DNA of 32,059 nt from an archaeon (GTDB lineage: Archaea > Iainarchaeota > Iainarchaeia > Iainarchaeales > Iainarchaeaceae). Below, piece by piece: positions 9,700 to 18,003 of the stretch. The notes under the pieces were generated by a model, which was given only the letters and a program-made list of their open reading frames with translations, made no database searches and was not told the DNA's origin. The stretch covers positions 6,520-38,578 of the forward strand of contig JBBSVV010000051.1 of NCBI GenBank assembly GCA_038046625.1. The letters run 5' to 3'. Position 1 is the stretch's first letter. Every line of letters starts with the position of its first letter. Position numbers and translations under genes: made by a program.

Positions 9700-10271
9700 T
9701 TTTTAGCACCCGCAACCGCGTGTTCAACCTGCATCTTGTCATAAACTTCCTGAATGGCCTCGATGTTTGAATCAATTACTTTCTGCGAAAATTTTTCGGA
9801 AAGCCTCTCCTTAATCGCTTTCTTTATGGATTCAAGCTTCACAATATCCGTAACCTTGCACAGGGCGCCGAGCATTACTGTGTTCAGTATGAGCTTGCCG
9901 AAACGCCTGAGGGCAACCTCGCTTGCATCAACAGTGAAAACCCTTTTCGCCTTGAGCTTCAAATCCGGGGCCTTTTTTGTCGTGTTCACAATCACAATGC
10001 CGTCCTTCTTGAGGCCTGCGCACACATCAACCGAATCCATTACCGAAGCATCCGCAACAAGAACAATGTCAGGCTCCGCGATTTCCTCATGAACCGTAAT
10101 TGGCTTTGTGTCTATCCTGCAGTAAGCCTCGACAGGAGGGCCTCTTTTCTCGGAGCCAAAGAAAGGAAAAGACTGGCTGTGCTTCCCCTCATAATTCGCC
10201 GCAAGCGCAATCAAATCCGAACCTGTGACCATGCCCTGCCCTGCCCTTCCATGAAACCTGAGTTCCTTCAA
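9696..10271 (-). CDS. porG: POR gamma subunit
   Basis: RFHGRAGQG, FPFFGSEKRGPPV, NTVMLGA. TTG start at 10271 lies 7 nt after an AGGTG Shine-Dalgarno. Confidence 0.92.
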   Translation of the reverse strand: MKELRFHGRAGQGMVTGSDLIALAANYEGKHSQSFPFFGSEKRGPPVEAYCRIDTKPITVHEEIAEPDIVLVADASVMDSVDVCAGLKKDGIVIVNTTKKAPDLKLKAKRVFTVDASEVALRRFGKLILNTVMLGALCKVTDIVKLESIKKAIKERLSEKFSQKVIDSNIEAIQEVYDKMQVEHAVAGAKK

Positions 10272-10313
10272 AACCAAACACCTTTCCGTAGAATATCTAA
10301 CACACAATATAAC

Positions 10314-10330
10314 ATATATAAAGATTTCGT
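10314..10330 (-). promoter_or_regulatory. Archaeal BRE/TATA promoter of the por operon
   Basis: Minus strand reads ACGAAATCTTTATATAT about 45 nt upstream of the porG start. Confidence 0.6.
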
Positions 10331-10383
10331 TAAATGCCACCCGAAAAAACGACAATTGCCTTACCATTTTTTGCTGTAAACCA

Positions 10384-11175
10384 TTAACCCGAAAGCCAGC
10401 CCGAAACCAGGAAAGCGGATGCCGCAACGGCAATCAGCAACAGCATTATCGCAAAAACCATAACAATGTTCAGCGCCTGGCTTTCATCCTTCCTCATTTC
10501 CGGCTTATCCTCGGCCTCATTATCAAACAGGTCCTTTGCAATCGAGGCATCGGATTCCGCCTTCACATTCACAGCCCTTTCAGAAACCCCGAGGCGCCTC
10601 TTCTTGTCCTCCAAAGAACTGGGATTTTCTTCGGCATAAATTGGGCTCTTTTTAGCCCCGAAAAAACCCTTTTCTTTCGCCTTTGGCCCCTCTTGGCCTT
10701 CAACCGCGAAATCCTCTTTCTTTGGCTTCCTTTGGCCTTTAGCCGCGAAATCCTCTTCCTTTGGCTCCTCTATTTTTTCAGCTTCAGAATCAAAAAACGT
10801 GCTTTTATCCTGTTCCCCGCTTTCCTCAGGCAAAGGCGAGAACTTCTCCTTGAGGCTTTCCTTGTCCTCGACAATTTCAGGCCCGGCCTCTTCATTGCGT
10901 GAATCTGATTCGGAATCATTGCTCTCCGGTTCAGGTTCCTCGGCCTGATGCACTTCCTCTTCGCTTTGCTCCTCCAAAGGCTCATCCTTCAAAGGCTCAA
11001 GCTCCTCGGGCAAATCATTGTCCTCAACCTCAATCGGCTCCTCGAGCTCCTCAAAAACCGGCTTCTTTTTCCCCTTTGGCGGTTCTTTCTGCGGAAGCTT
11101 CCCTATAATGGAATCCGTGGCGTCCTTTTTCTTTTTTTTCGCGCCAAACGGGCCTCCCTTTTCCTGAATCGGCAT
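10384..11175 (-). CDS. Acidic low-complexity protein with a single C-terminal TM anchor
   Basis: Glu/Lys/Pro-rich sequence with C-terminal hydrophobic IVMVFAIMLLLIAVAASAFLV; ATG at 11175 downstream of a TATA-like TTATAAA. Confidence 0.7.
   Translation of the reverse strand: MPIQEKGGPFGAKKKKKDATDSIIGKLPQKEPPKGKKKPVFEELEEPIEVEDNDLPEELEPLKDEPLEEQSEEEVHQAEEPEPESNDSESDSRNEEAGPEIVEDKESLKEKFSPLPEESGEQDKSTFFDSEAEKIEEPKEEDFAAKGQRKPKKEDFAVEGQEGPKAKEKGFFGAKKSPIYAEENPSSLEDKKRRLGVSERAVNVKAESDASIAKDLFDNEAEDKPEMRKDESQALNIVMVFAIMLLLIAVAASAFLVSGWLSG
10693..10766. repeat. Two-copy 39-bp intragenic tandem repeat
   Basis: ttggccttcaaccgcgaaatcctctttctttggct at 10693 and ttggcctttagccgcgaaatcctcttcctttggct at 10732; encodes PKEEDFAAKGQ / PKKEDFAVEGQ. 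Confidence 0.8.
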
Positions 11176-11221
11176 CGAAGGAATTATACGCAACCCTTGT
11201 TTATAAGTGTTTACGAAATGC

Positions 11222-12229
11222 TCAGCCTGAAGCGATTTTGCCCAAAACCCAGGCCCTTTCGCCCCTCAAAGAAAGGAATTCCAGGGATTTCAAGGCATCA
11301 GCCCTTGGAACAACCAAAACCAGGCCAACGCCCATGTTGAAAACCCTGAACATCTCCTTCTCGCCTATTGAGCCTTTTTCCTGAATCAGCCTGAAAACAG
11401 GCGGAACCACAATCGAAGAATAATCAAAAACAGGCTTCAATCCTTTCGGAATCACACGCGGAACATTCTCAACAAGGCCTCCTCCAGTGATGTGCGCTAT
11501 TCCCTTCACCCTGATTTTTTGCGCGAGCGCCAAAACAGCCACGGAATAGCTTCTATGAACCTTCAATAATTCAGCGCCGACAGTGTTATTCAGTCCCTTC
11601 ACAAAATCATTGGGAGAGAATCCCGCTTCATCAAAAAGAACTTTGCGCGCGAGGCTGTAACCATTTGTGTGCAAACCATCCGAAGCCAATGCAACCATCA
11701 CGTCGCCTTTTTTTATTTTTGAACCGTCAACCATTCCGCTTTTCTCGACAACGCCAACCATGCAGCCCGCAATATCATGCTCGCCCTTTTCATAAACTCC
11801 CGGCATCTCGGCCGTTTCTCCGCCGATTAAAACGCAATCAACCTCGCGGCAGGCCTTCGCCATTCCGGAAACAACCGAAGCTAAGTTTTGCGGCTCGAGT
11901 TTTGATGCGGCAACATAATCCAGAAAGAACAATGGCTTCGCACCCAAACAGAGAACATCATTCGAGCAGTGGTTCACAATATCCTCGCCAACGGAACTCC
12001 ACTTGTTCATCATTGCCGCAACCTTGAGTTTCGTGCCCACGCCATCCATGGTGGAAACCAAAATAGGGTGCTTCATTTTCGAAAGCGACGCGATTGAGTA
12101 GGCGCCGCCGAACGCGCCCAAATCAGTGAGAACATTTTTGTTAAAAGTCGAGCGAACAGAATCTTTCATTAATTTTACCGATTCATTGCCGGCATCAATA
12201 TCGACGCCGGAATCCCTGTAAGAAGCCAT
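11222..12229 (-). CDS. purM: AIR synthetase (phosphoribosylformylglycinamidine cyclo-ligase)
   Basis: YRDSGVDIDAG, DGVGTK, GGETAEMPG, GLHTNGYSLAR, AHITGGG, FNMGVG. TGATG overlap with purB. Confidence 0.97.
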   Translation of the reverse strand: MASYRDSGVDIDAGNESVKLMKDSVRSTFNKNVLTDLGAFGGAYSIASLSKMKHPILVSTMDGVGTKLKVAAMMNKWSSVGEDIVNHCSNDVLCLGAKPLFFLDYVAASKLEPQNLASVVSGMAKACREVDCVLIGGETAEMPGVYEKGEHDIAGCMVGVVEKSGMVDGSKIKKGDVMVALASDGLHTNGYSLARKVLFDEAGFSPNDFVKGLNNTVGAELLKVHRSYSVAVLALAQKIRVKGIAHITGGGLVENVPRVIPKGLKPVFDYSSIVVPPVFRLIQEKGSIGEKEMFRVFNMGVGLVLVVPRADALKSLEFLSLRGERAWVLGKIASG

Positions 12230-13605
12230 CACCTGAACCTCTTCTTCCAGTTCGCGCAAACCTGCCCGGTTTTCCTTGCCGCGAGCCCGGTGTAATGCCC
12301 GGGGTTTTTTAAAAGTTCTAATTCTTTTTTTGAAAACTTTTTGATGAATGAATTCAGGCCCTCTTCGCCCTTTGCGAGCTCAAGCACGCCAAAGCCTGTT
12401 TCAGAGGCCTTCAAAGCCAGTTTCCTCACGGCCTCGTGCGCATCCTCATGCCCGTGCTTTGCAAGGAGAATGTATAGAGGCTCGGCAATAATTGATTCTC
12501 CGGCAGAATCAAAATTTCTTCTCATCGAATCCCTATCAACCACTAAATTCGAAGAAACCTTATTCGCGCGCTCCGAAGCCGCAAGCAAGCCCAAAAACAA
12601 TTCAGGAATAAAGCGCGCAGATGCGCTGTTTGTCAAATCTCTTTGGTGCTCGGAAATTGCATCCATGTGAAATGTTACAATGCGCGGCATGAACTCTTTC
12701 CACAAACTCTTGATATTTTCAAAATTAATCGGGTTGCGCTTGTGCGGCATCGTGCTCGAGCCAACCTGCTTTCCGCCGAAGGATTCCGTCACTTCCAAAA
12801 TTTCCGAGCGCTGGAGATTGCGCATGTCATCCGCAAAGTTCGCGAGCACATTGAAAGCCTCAATGGCCGAGTGCAGCAGATCCAAGAGCGATTCCGGTTC
12901 AACAATCTGCGTCGAGTGCAAACCTGTTTTGAGGCCGAGCCCGTTCATTATGTCCTGCTCGAGCCTCAAGGGATTCTTCACAAGCAGGGAAGACGCATTG
13001 TATGCGCCGACCGCGCCGGAGAATTTTCCTTCCAAATTGTTCGCGCACCACTCCATTGAACTCATTGCCCTTCCGAGGCGGTTGATGTAAGAGGACATTG
13101 CAAAGCCGAAAGTGATGGGTTCCGCGTGCTGGCCGTGCGTTCTCCCAATCATCAAAGTGTTTTTCTCGCGCTCGGCAATTTTTATCCATTGCCTGAGCAG
13201 AAGCCTGAGCTCCGGAAGAACCAGTTCAAGCACTGCTTCTTTGTAGCGCAAAGCGCTTGCAGTATCAACAATGTCATAGGATGTCGCGGAAAAGTGTATG
13301 AATGGCTTTGCTTCCTTTGAAACCTTTGAGCGAAGCACATTCACGAGCGCGCGAATATCATGCTTTATCCTTGCCTCTTCCTCATAAACCGCCGAGGCCT
13401 TCACCAGGCGCGCGGCCTTCTCCACTTCCTTCGCAATCTTCGGGCTGCAAACGCGCTGCTTTGCAAGCGCCTTTACAAGCGCGGCCTCGACTTTGGCTTG
13501 GTATGAAATGCGCGCATTCTCGGAAAAAAACAGTTCGGCCCTTTTTCTCAGGGACCCGTCAACGTACCTGTAATCAAGCGGGGAAAACAGGTCAAACTTG
13601 TCCAT
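12229..13605 (-). CDS. purB: Adenylosuccinate lyase
   Basis: SPLDYRY, HFSATSYD, GRTHGQHAEP, GSSTMPHKRNPINFE, QRDLTNS. Confidence 0.97.
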   Translation of the reverse strand: MDKFDLFSPLDYRYVDGSLRKRAELFFSENARISYQAKVEAALVKALAKQRVCSPKIAKEVEKAARLVKASAVYEEEARIKHDIRALVNVLRSKVSKEAKPFIHFSATSYDIVDTASALRYKEAVLELVLPELRLLLRQWIKIAEREKNTLMIGRTHGQHAEPITFGFAMSSYINRLGRAMSSMEWCANNLEGKFSGAVGAYNASSLLVKNPLRLEQDIMNGLGLKTGLHSTQIVEPESLLDLLHSAIEAFNVLANFADDMRNLQRSEILEVTESFGGKQVGSSTMPHKRNPINFENIKSLWKEFMPRIVTFHMDAISEHQRDLTNSASARFIPELFLGLLAASERANKVSSNLVVDRDSMRRNFDSAGESIIAEPLYILLAKHGHEDAHEAVRKLALKASETGFGVLELAKGEEGLNSFIKKFSKKELELLKNPGHYTGLAARKTGQVCANWKKRFR

Positions 13606-13626
13606 CGGCACCGAAAGAATTGTGCA

Positions 13627-14175
13627 TCAAGGTTTTTTTAAGGGTACCTTTTTCACTGGACCTTTTTTTACTTTCAGCATGTAACTCTTGTACTTCGGAT
13701 TAAGGAGATTAGGGTGCGGAACATAGCCATGGCGCCGAAACCATCGCTCCCTGACTTGATGCGGGAAAACCATTTTCCGCACACCTTTTCCTCCTTCAAA
13801 GACTACCCTTTCCATATTTACTCTTTTATATTCCGACATTGCAGGCATTAGGGAAAACCTTGTCGAGCCAAACATCCTTGAAGCTGTAGACTCGACCAGC
13901 CTCAAAAATTTGCCCCCTAATTCCCCCCTGTAAGGGCGGAGCAGCCCCATGGCGCTAATGAATGTTTCACGAGGGCTTATTTTTTCAATGAACGCAAAAC
14001 CCGCAATTTCCCCGTCAACACGCGCAACAAGAAGCCTTGTATTGGCAGGGATTTCATCAGACTTCGAAACATGGATTCCAAAAGGCAGTTCATCAGGAGA
14101 GTCAATTTCAATCTGATTCAGAGCCTCTAAATCCCGGAACTTAGCTGGCCTTACTGAAAAAGCCATCGGTTTCAC
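13627..14175 (-). CDS. Divergent GNAT-family acetyltransferase
   Basis: VRPAKFRDL, LLVARVDGEIAGF, PYRGELGGKFL (motif A-like), WFRRHGY; Lys/Pro-rich C-terminal tail. Confidence 0.65.
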   Translation of the reverse strand: MKPMAFSVRPAKFRDLEALNQIEIDSPDELPFGIHVSKSDEIPANTRLLVARVDGEIAGFAFIEKISPRETFISAMGLLRPYRGELGGKFLRLVESTASRMFGSTRFSLMPAMSEYKRVNMERVVFEGGKGVRKMVFPHQVRERWFRRHGYVPHPNLLNPKYKSYMLKVKKGPVKKVPLKKP

Positions 14176-15137
14176 TGCTGCTTCTCAAGGAAAGCCTTGT
14201 AGGAATTCATTACCTCTTCAATCGGGGGCGCTCTCCAGATTTTTTGCCCAATCCATGCTTCGCAGACGCTCTTGTACATGCTGGAAACAATTTCCTTGAG
14301 CTCCGCGGGAAGCGGTTCGGGCACGGGCCAGTTGTGCTTTTCAACTTCCGCCTTTTTCGCTGCCTCGAGCTCGGCATACCATGGAGTTGCCCTGTAATAA
14401 TCCCTGCAAACCTGCTTTGAAACATGGATGCCGTTCCACAAAAACCTGTTCTCGTCAAGGGTTCCGAAAACATCAACAACCATGAGCTCATTCTTTGGCG
14501 TGATTGCGAGCTCGACCTTTCCGTCCGCGTGCTCCAGGCCAATCGCTTCAGCTTTCTCGGTTACAAAATCATTCACGTTCAGGGCTATTTCCTTGAGGTC
14601 GATGAGCTGGTCCTCGGAAATCTTTGACAGGTCAAGCGCCTCATCCCATGAGAGATAGCGGTCGGTTTCCTCGAGCTTCGTGCTCACATCAAGAAAGGCC
14701 TTTTCGAATTTGTGGCCGGGCTGCGGCATTTCGCTTAAACCCATGTCATCAAGAGTCAGTTCGCCGGCTTCAAGGCGCTTGAAAATCGAGCTTCCCTGAG
14801 GCAAAGAATTCCTGTAAATTACCTCAAGTGGAACAAGGTAATTGCGGGTTCCCTCGGAAATCTGGTTGTCCTGCGGCATCAGCACGCGAACGAGTTCTAC
14901 CTCCATCTTGTTGCCGTTCACAAGCTTGCGGAAATGCGTTCTCACTCCGAGCCTTTTCTCTATTTCCCTGAAATTGTAAGCCGACTGCCTGCACAAGGCC
15001 TCGCCCTTCGAGAGAATTGTATCCGGCATTTTGCCGTAATCGAAAACGCTGTAGTCATCGGTAAACTCGAAAATGCCTATTCCCATCCGCTCTTCCGTTG
15101 CTTCCTTCTCCACAATCAAGTTTTTTACAGAACCCAT
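14172..15137 (-). CDS. purC: SAICAR synthetase (long euryarchaeal-like form)
   Basis: GSVK, FTDDYSVFD, PLEVIYRN, STKLE, DGKVE, GTLDENRF, SKQ..R. Confidence 0.95.
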   Translation of the reverse strand: MGSVKNLIVEKEATEERMGIGIFEFTDDYSVFDYGKMPDTILSKGEALCRQSAYNFREIEKRLGVRTHFRKLVNGNKMEVELVRVLMPQDNQISEGTRNYLVPLEVIYRNSLPQGSSIFKRLEAGELTLDDMGLSEMPQPGHKFEKAFLDVSTKLEETDRYLSWDEALDLSKISEDQLIDLKEIALNVNDFVTEKAEAIGLEHADGKVELAITPKNELMVVDVFGTLDENRFLWNGIHVSKQVCRDYYRATPWYAELEAAKKAEVEKHNWPVPEPLPAELKEIVSSMYKSVCEAWIGQKIWRAPPIEEVMNSYKAFLEKQQ

Positions 15138-15149
15138 CTAAACACCTGA

Positions 15150-15197
15150 TATAGCAAACCACAAAAGTTTTTCGGCTTTTTCCATTGGCCTGCTATA
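15150..15197 (-). promoter_or_regulatory. Conserved leader hairpin, copy A (purC 5' region)
   Basis: Sense TATAGCAGGCCAATGGAAAAAGCCGAAAAACTTTTGTGGTTTGCTATA; 12-bp basal stem including two G-U pairs, ending 2 nt before the AGGTG SD. Confidence 0.6.
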
Positions 15198-15265
15198 AAA
15201 TTAATTAGGTTTGATTTAAAAACAAAACTACAATGCCGTGCCCGCGTTGAGGCCTTGCTTCGCAA

Positions 15266-16048
15266 TCACTTGTTGGAATCCATGACCTTTTGCGAGGCCT
15301 TCCTGCGCAGCCCGCCGAGGACAGTGTCATGTGTTTTCCTCAGGTTAACCAGCTCGAGGGCAGCAATGGCCGCATTTTTGTACCCGTTCAGGGAAATTGC
15401 GTATGCGGACTGCATCTGGTCGAACATTTTCAGGGCATCCGATTTTTTCGAGCCGTCCTTGACCGGAACGTGCAGGACAATGTTGTTGTTGTGCGGAATC
15501 TTTTTTCCGAGCTTGATGAACTCAATGAACACCGCGCCATAATCAACCCTGTTTGCGCTCTTTGCGAGCTGGAAAGGAATGTTATTCTCCTCCATGAAGG
15601 CCTTGCACTTCGCGAAATACTTTTTTTCGTCCCCGGACTTCTTTTCAACCAGGACAATTTTGTTCAGGCCGTGGAGATAGGAGCTGCAGAGCCTGACGGC
15701 CTCATCGATTTTTGCAACTCCCACTGCAATCACAGGAACATCGGGAGGCATCTGCGCAATCGAAAGGAAAGAATCAAGGCCGTTGAACGCGCCGTCGCAC
15801 GGCAAACCTATAACGGGTTTCACGGTTTGCGCCGCAACAACTCCAGGCAACGCTGCCGCGAGGCCGGCGCCGGCAATGAACATGGATTCATGCGCATACG
15901 CTATTTCCTCATCCAGCTCCTTGGGGGTCTTGTGCGCGCTGAGCACCTTGAATTCGCAGGAAATTCCTGTTTGCTTAAGCTTTTCCAGCAGGGGGGAATA
16001 AACGGCCTCATCGCTCGAGGAACCAAAAATAACGAAAACATCAGCCAA
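15266..16048 (-). CDS. purE: AIR carboxylase/N5-CAIR mutase with C-terminal extension
   Basis: GSSSD, SAHKTP, IAGAGLAAALPG, PVIGLP, GLDSFLSIAQMPPDVPV; 260 aa, with a second degenerate PurE-like half. Confidence 0.9.
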   Translation of the reverse strand: MADVFVIFGSSSDEAVYSPLLEKLKQTGISCEFKVLSAHKTPKELDEEIAYAHESMFIAGAGLAAALPGVVAAQTVKPVIGLPCDGAFNGLDSFLSIAQMPPDVPVIAVGVAKIDEAVRLCSSYLHGLNKIVLVEKKSGDEKKYFAKCKAFMEENNIPFQLAKSANRVDYGAVFIEFIKLGKKIPHNNNIVLHVPVKDGSKKSDALKMFDQMQSAYAISLNGYKNAAIAALELVNLRKTHDTVLGGLRRKASQKVMDSNK

Positions 16049-16084
16049 AGCAAATACCGTATAAGTTATAATGCCAAAGTCTTT

Positions 16085-16131
16085 TATAGCAGACCAATAA
16101 AATATTTCAGCGATATTTTTGGTCGGCTATA
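16085..16131 (-). promoter_or_regulatory. Conserved leader hairpin, copy B (purE 5' region)
   Basis: Sense TATAGCCGACCAAAAATATCGCTGAAATATTTTATTGGTCTGCTATA; 34/48 identical to copy A by manual alignment. Confidence 0.6.
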
Positions 16132-16181
16132 GGAATGAATTCCCGCGAACCGCACTTTGGGCAACCGATTTTTGCAGCCAT
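16107..16181 (-). CDS. Putative 24-aa upstream ORF/leader peptide with CxxC (MAAKIGCPKCGSREFIPIADQKYR)
   Basis: ATG at 16181 about 30 nt downstream of a TTTTTATA box; TGA at 16107-16109 lies in the hairpin loop. Confidence 0.35.
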   Translation of the reverse strand: MAAKIGCPKCGSREFIPIADQKYR

Positions 16182-16210
16182 TGAATACCAATAAAAGAAA
16201 TGCATCAGGC

Positions 16211-16233
16211 TATAAAAACATCCACTTTAAAAA
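16211..16233. promoter_or_regulatory. Back-to-back TATA boxes of the divergent purE/purA promoters
   Basis: TTTTTATA on the minus strand (16211-16218) and TTTAAAAA on the plus strand (16226-16233), each ~30 nt from an ATG. Confidence 0.5.
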
Positions 16234-16262
16234 CCTGAATTTTAATCTATTCTAGGGGTTAA

Positions 16263-17525
16263 ATGCCGGGAACAGTTGTAATCGGCTCGCAGTTCGGCGA
16301 CGAAGGCAAGGGAAAAGTAACGGATTTTTACTCCGAAAAGGCAAACCTCGTTGTGCGCTTCCAGGGCGGGAACAATGCCGGCCACACGGTTGTTGTGAAG
16401 GGGCAAACGCTCAAATTCCATTTGCTGCCCTCGGGAGTCGTGCAGGGAAAAAGAATACTCATCGGCGCGGGCGTGGTTTTAGACCCGCGCGTGCTAAAAG
16501 AGGAAATCTCCGAACTCAAAACAAAAAAAATCGATTTGGGCATAGACCCGAGAACGCACATAATAATGCCTTGGCACAATTTGCTTGATGAAGGCAGGGA
16601 ACAAAGCAGGAGCAAAACAAAAATCGGCACAACAAAAAGGGGAATAGGGCCTTGTTATGCGGACAAGGCGGAACGCCTCGGAATACGCTTTGAAGATCTT
16701 GTTGATGAAGCGCGCCTGCGCGAAAGAATCAATGAAGTTTTCCCCATAAAAAAAGCCATACTCGAAAAAGTGCACGGAATCAATGTTCCTTTTACCGCGG
16801 AAAAAGTTTTTGAGGAATACTCCTCACTCGGAAAAGAATTCAGGGAATATTTGTGCGACGTGAGCCTCGAGGTCTGCGAGGCGCTTGAAAAGAAAAAAAA
16901 CGTTCTCTTTGAAGGGGCGCAGGGAACATTTTTGGACAATGATTTCGGGACATATCCGTTTGTGACCAGTTCACACCCGATTTCAGGAGGCGTATCAACA
17001 GGAGTTGGAATGCCGCTGAACAAAATCAACCGCATAATAGGAATAGTGAAAGCGTACACGACAAGGGTTGGCTTCGGGCCGTTTCCCACAGAACAGGAAA
17101 ACTCCGTCGGGAAACACCTCGTTGAAAAAGGGGCTGAATTCGGAACAACCACAGGAAGAAAAAGAAGGGTTGGCTGGCTGGATTTGCCGATGCTCCGTAC
17201 ATCAATGCGCCTAAATGGTTTTACCGAACTCGCGATTACAAAGCTTGACGTGCTTTCCGGATTGGGTAAAATAATGGTTGCGAAGAGCTACTCCGTGAAC
17301 GGAAAGGAAATAAAGTATTTCCCGTACAGCAACAAGGGGCTTGAAAAAGCGGAGCCGAATTACGCTGAATTTTCGGGATTCAAAATCACGGGAAAGGAAA
17401 AAAAGTATTCCCAGTTGGACAAGAACGCGCGCAAGTACCTTGAGTTCATTGAGAAGGAAATCGGCGCGCCGATAAAAATGGTTTCCGTGGGGCCGCAGAG
17501 GCACGAAACAATACTGAAAAAATAA
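16263..17525 (+). CDS. purA: Adenylosuccinate synthetase
   Basis: QFGDEGKGK, QGGNNAGHT, IGTTKRGIGP, EGAQG, GTYPFVTSS, EFGTTTGRKRRVGW, TKLDVL. Confidence 0.98.
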   Translation: MPGTVVIGSQFGDEGKGKVTDFYSEKANLVVRFQGGNNAGHTVVVKGQTLKFHLLPSGVVQGKRILIGAGVVLDPRVLKEEISELKTKKIDLGIDPRTHIIMPWHNLLDEGREQSRSKTKIGTTKRGIGPCYADKAERLGIRFEDLVDEARLRERINEVFPIKKAILEKVHGINVPFTAEKVFEEYSSLGKEFREYLCDVSLEVCEALEKKKNVLFEGAQGTFLDNDFGTYPFVTSSHPISGGVSTGVGMPLNKINRIIGIVKAYTTRVGFGPFPTEQENSVGKHLVEKGAEFGTTTGRKRRVGWLDLPMLRTSMRLNGFTELAITKLDVLSGLGKIMVAKSYSVNGKEIKYFPYSNKGLEKAEPNYAEFSGFKITGKEKKYSQLDKNARKYLEFIEKEIGAPIKMVSVGPQRHETILKK

Positions 17526-17536
17526 GCGCCACGCAG

Positions 17537-17923
17537 TCATCCCGCCCTGAATACTTTCTTTTCTTCCTGAATTTCCCTCTGCAGGTCCAAAAAAATTTTC
17601 TGGAAATCACCCAATAATTGCTTTGTCTTGTAGCCGAACAAGGGCTTGAGCATTTCAATTGCCTGCGCCTTGTTCTGCTCGGACGCAAAAAGAAGGTTTA
17701 TTGCGTCGGGCTGCCCGCGGATAATGTCGACAAAAGAGCTTTTCGCGCCCTCCGACACCCTGGTTTTTGAAAGCGTTTTTTCGAGCGCAAACAAGGCAGA
17801 GGCCTCGACGGATTTTTTAATGGCCAGGTTCAGCGCAACTTTGCCCTTCCTGTCCCCGCCGAAAATCGAGTCGTTAATCTCGCGGGCCTTTTTCCGCAGG
17901 TCCGCGGCTGAAACTGAAACCAT
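17537..17923 (-). CDS. Hypothetical helical protein
   Basis: 128-aa ORF filling the purA-glyA gap; no recognisable motif. Confidence 0.6.
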   Translation of the reverse strand: MVSVSAADLRKKAREINDSIFGGDRKGKVALNLAIKKSVEASALFALEKTLSKTRVSEGAKSSFVDIIRGQPDAINLLFASEQNKAQAIEMLKPLFGYKTKQLLGDFQKIFLDLQREIQEEKKVFRAG

Positions 17924-18003
17924 AATCTAAAATTATCGGCGAAAGCCTTAATAATTATGGTTCCGTAATTCTAATACAAACGGCTTGGCGGGGTGGTTCG
18001 TTC

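Noticed and set aside
15240-15249. GCCCGCGTTG identical to 22299-22308
   Set aside because: Single 10-mer without flanking similarity; plausible by chance.
17948-18003. ZTP riboswitch upstream of glyA (cttggcggggtgg)
   Set aside because: Lacks GACUGGCG, the P2 stem and the 3' GCCYGGG; better explained as a Shine-Dalgarno sequence.
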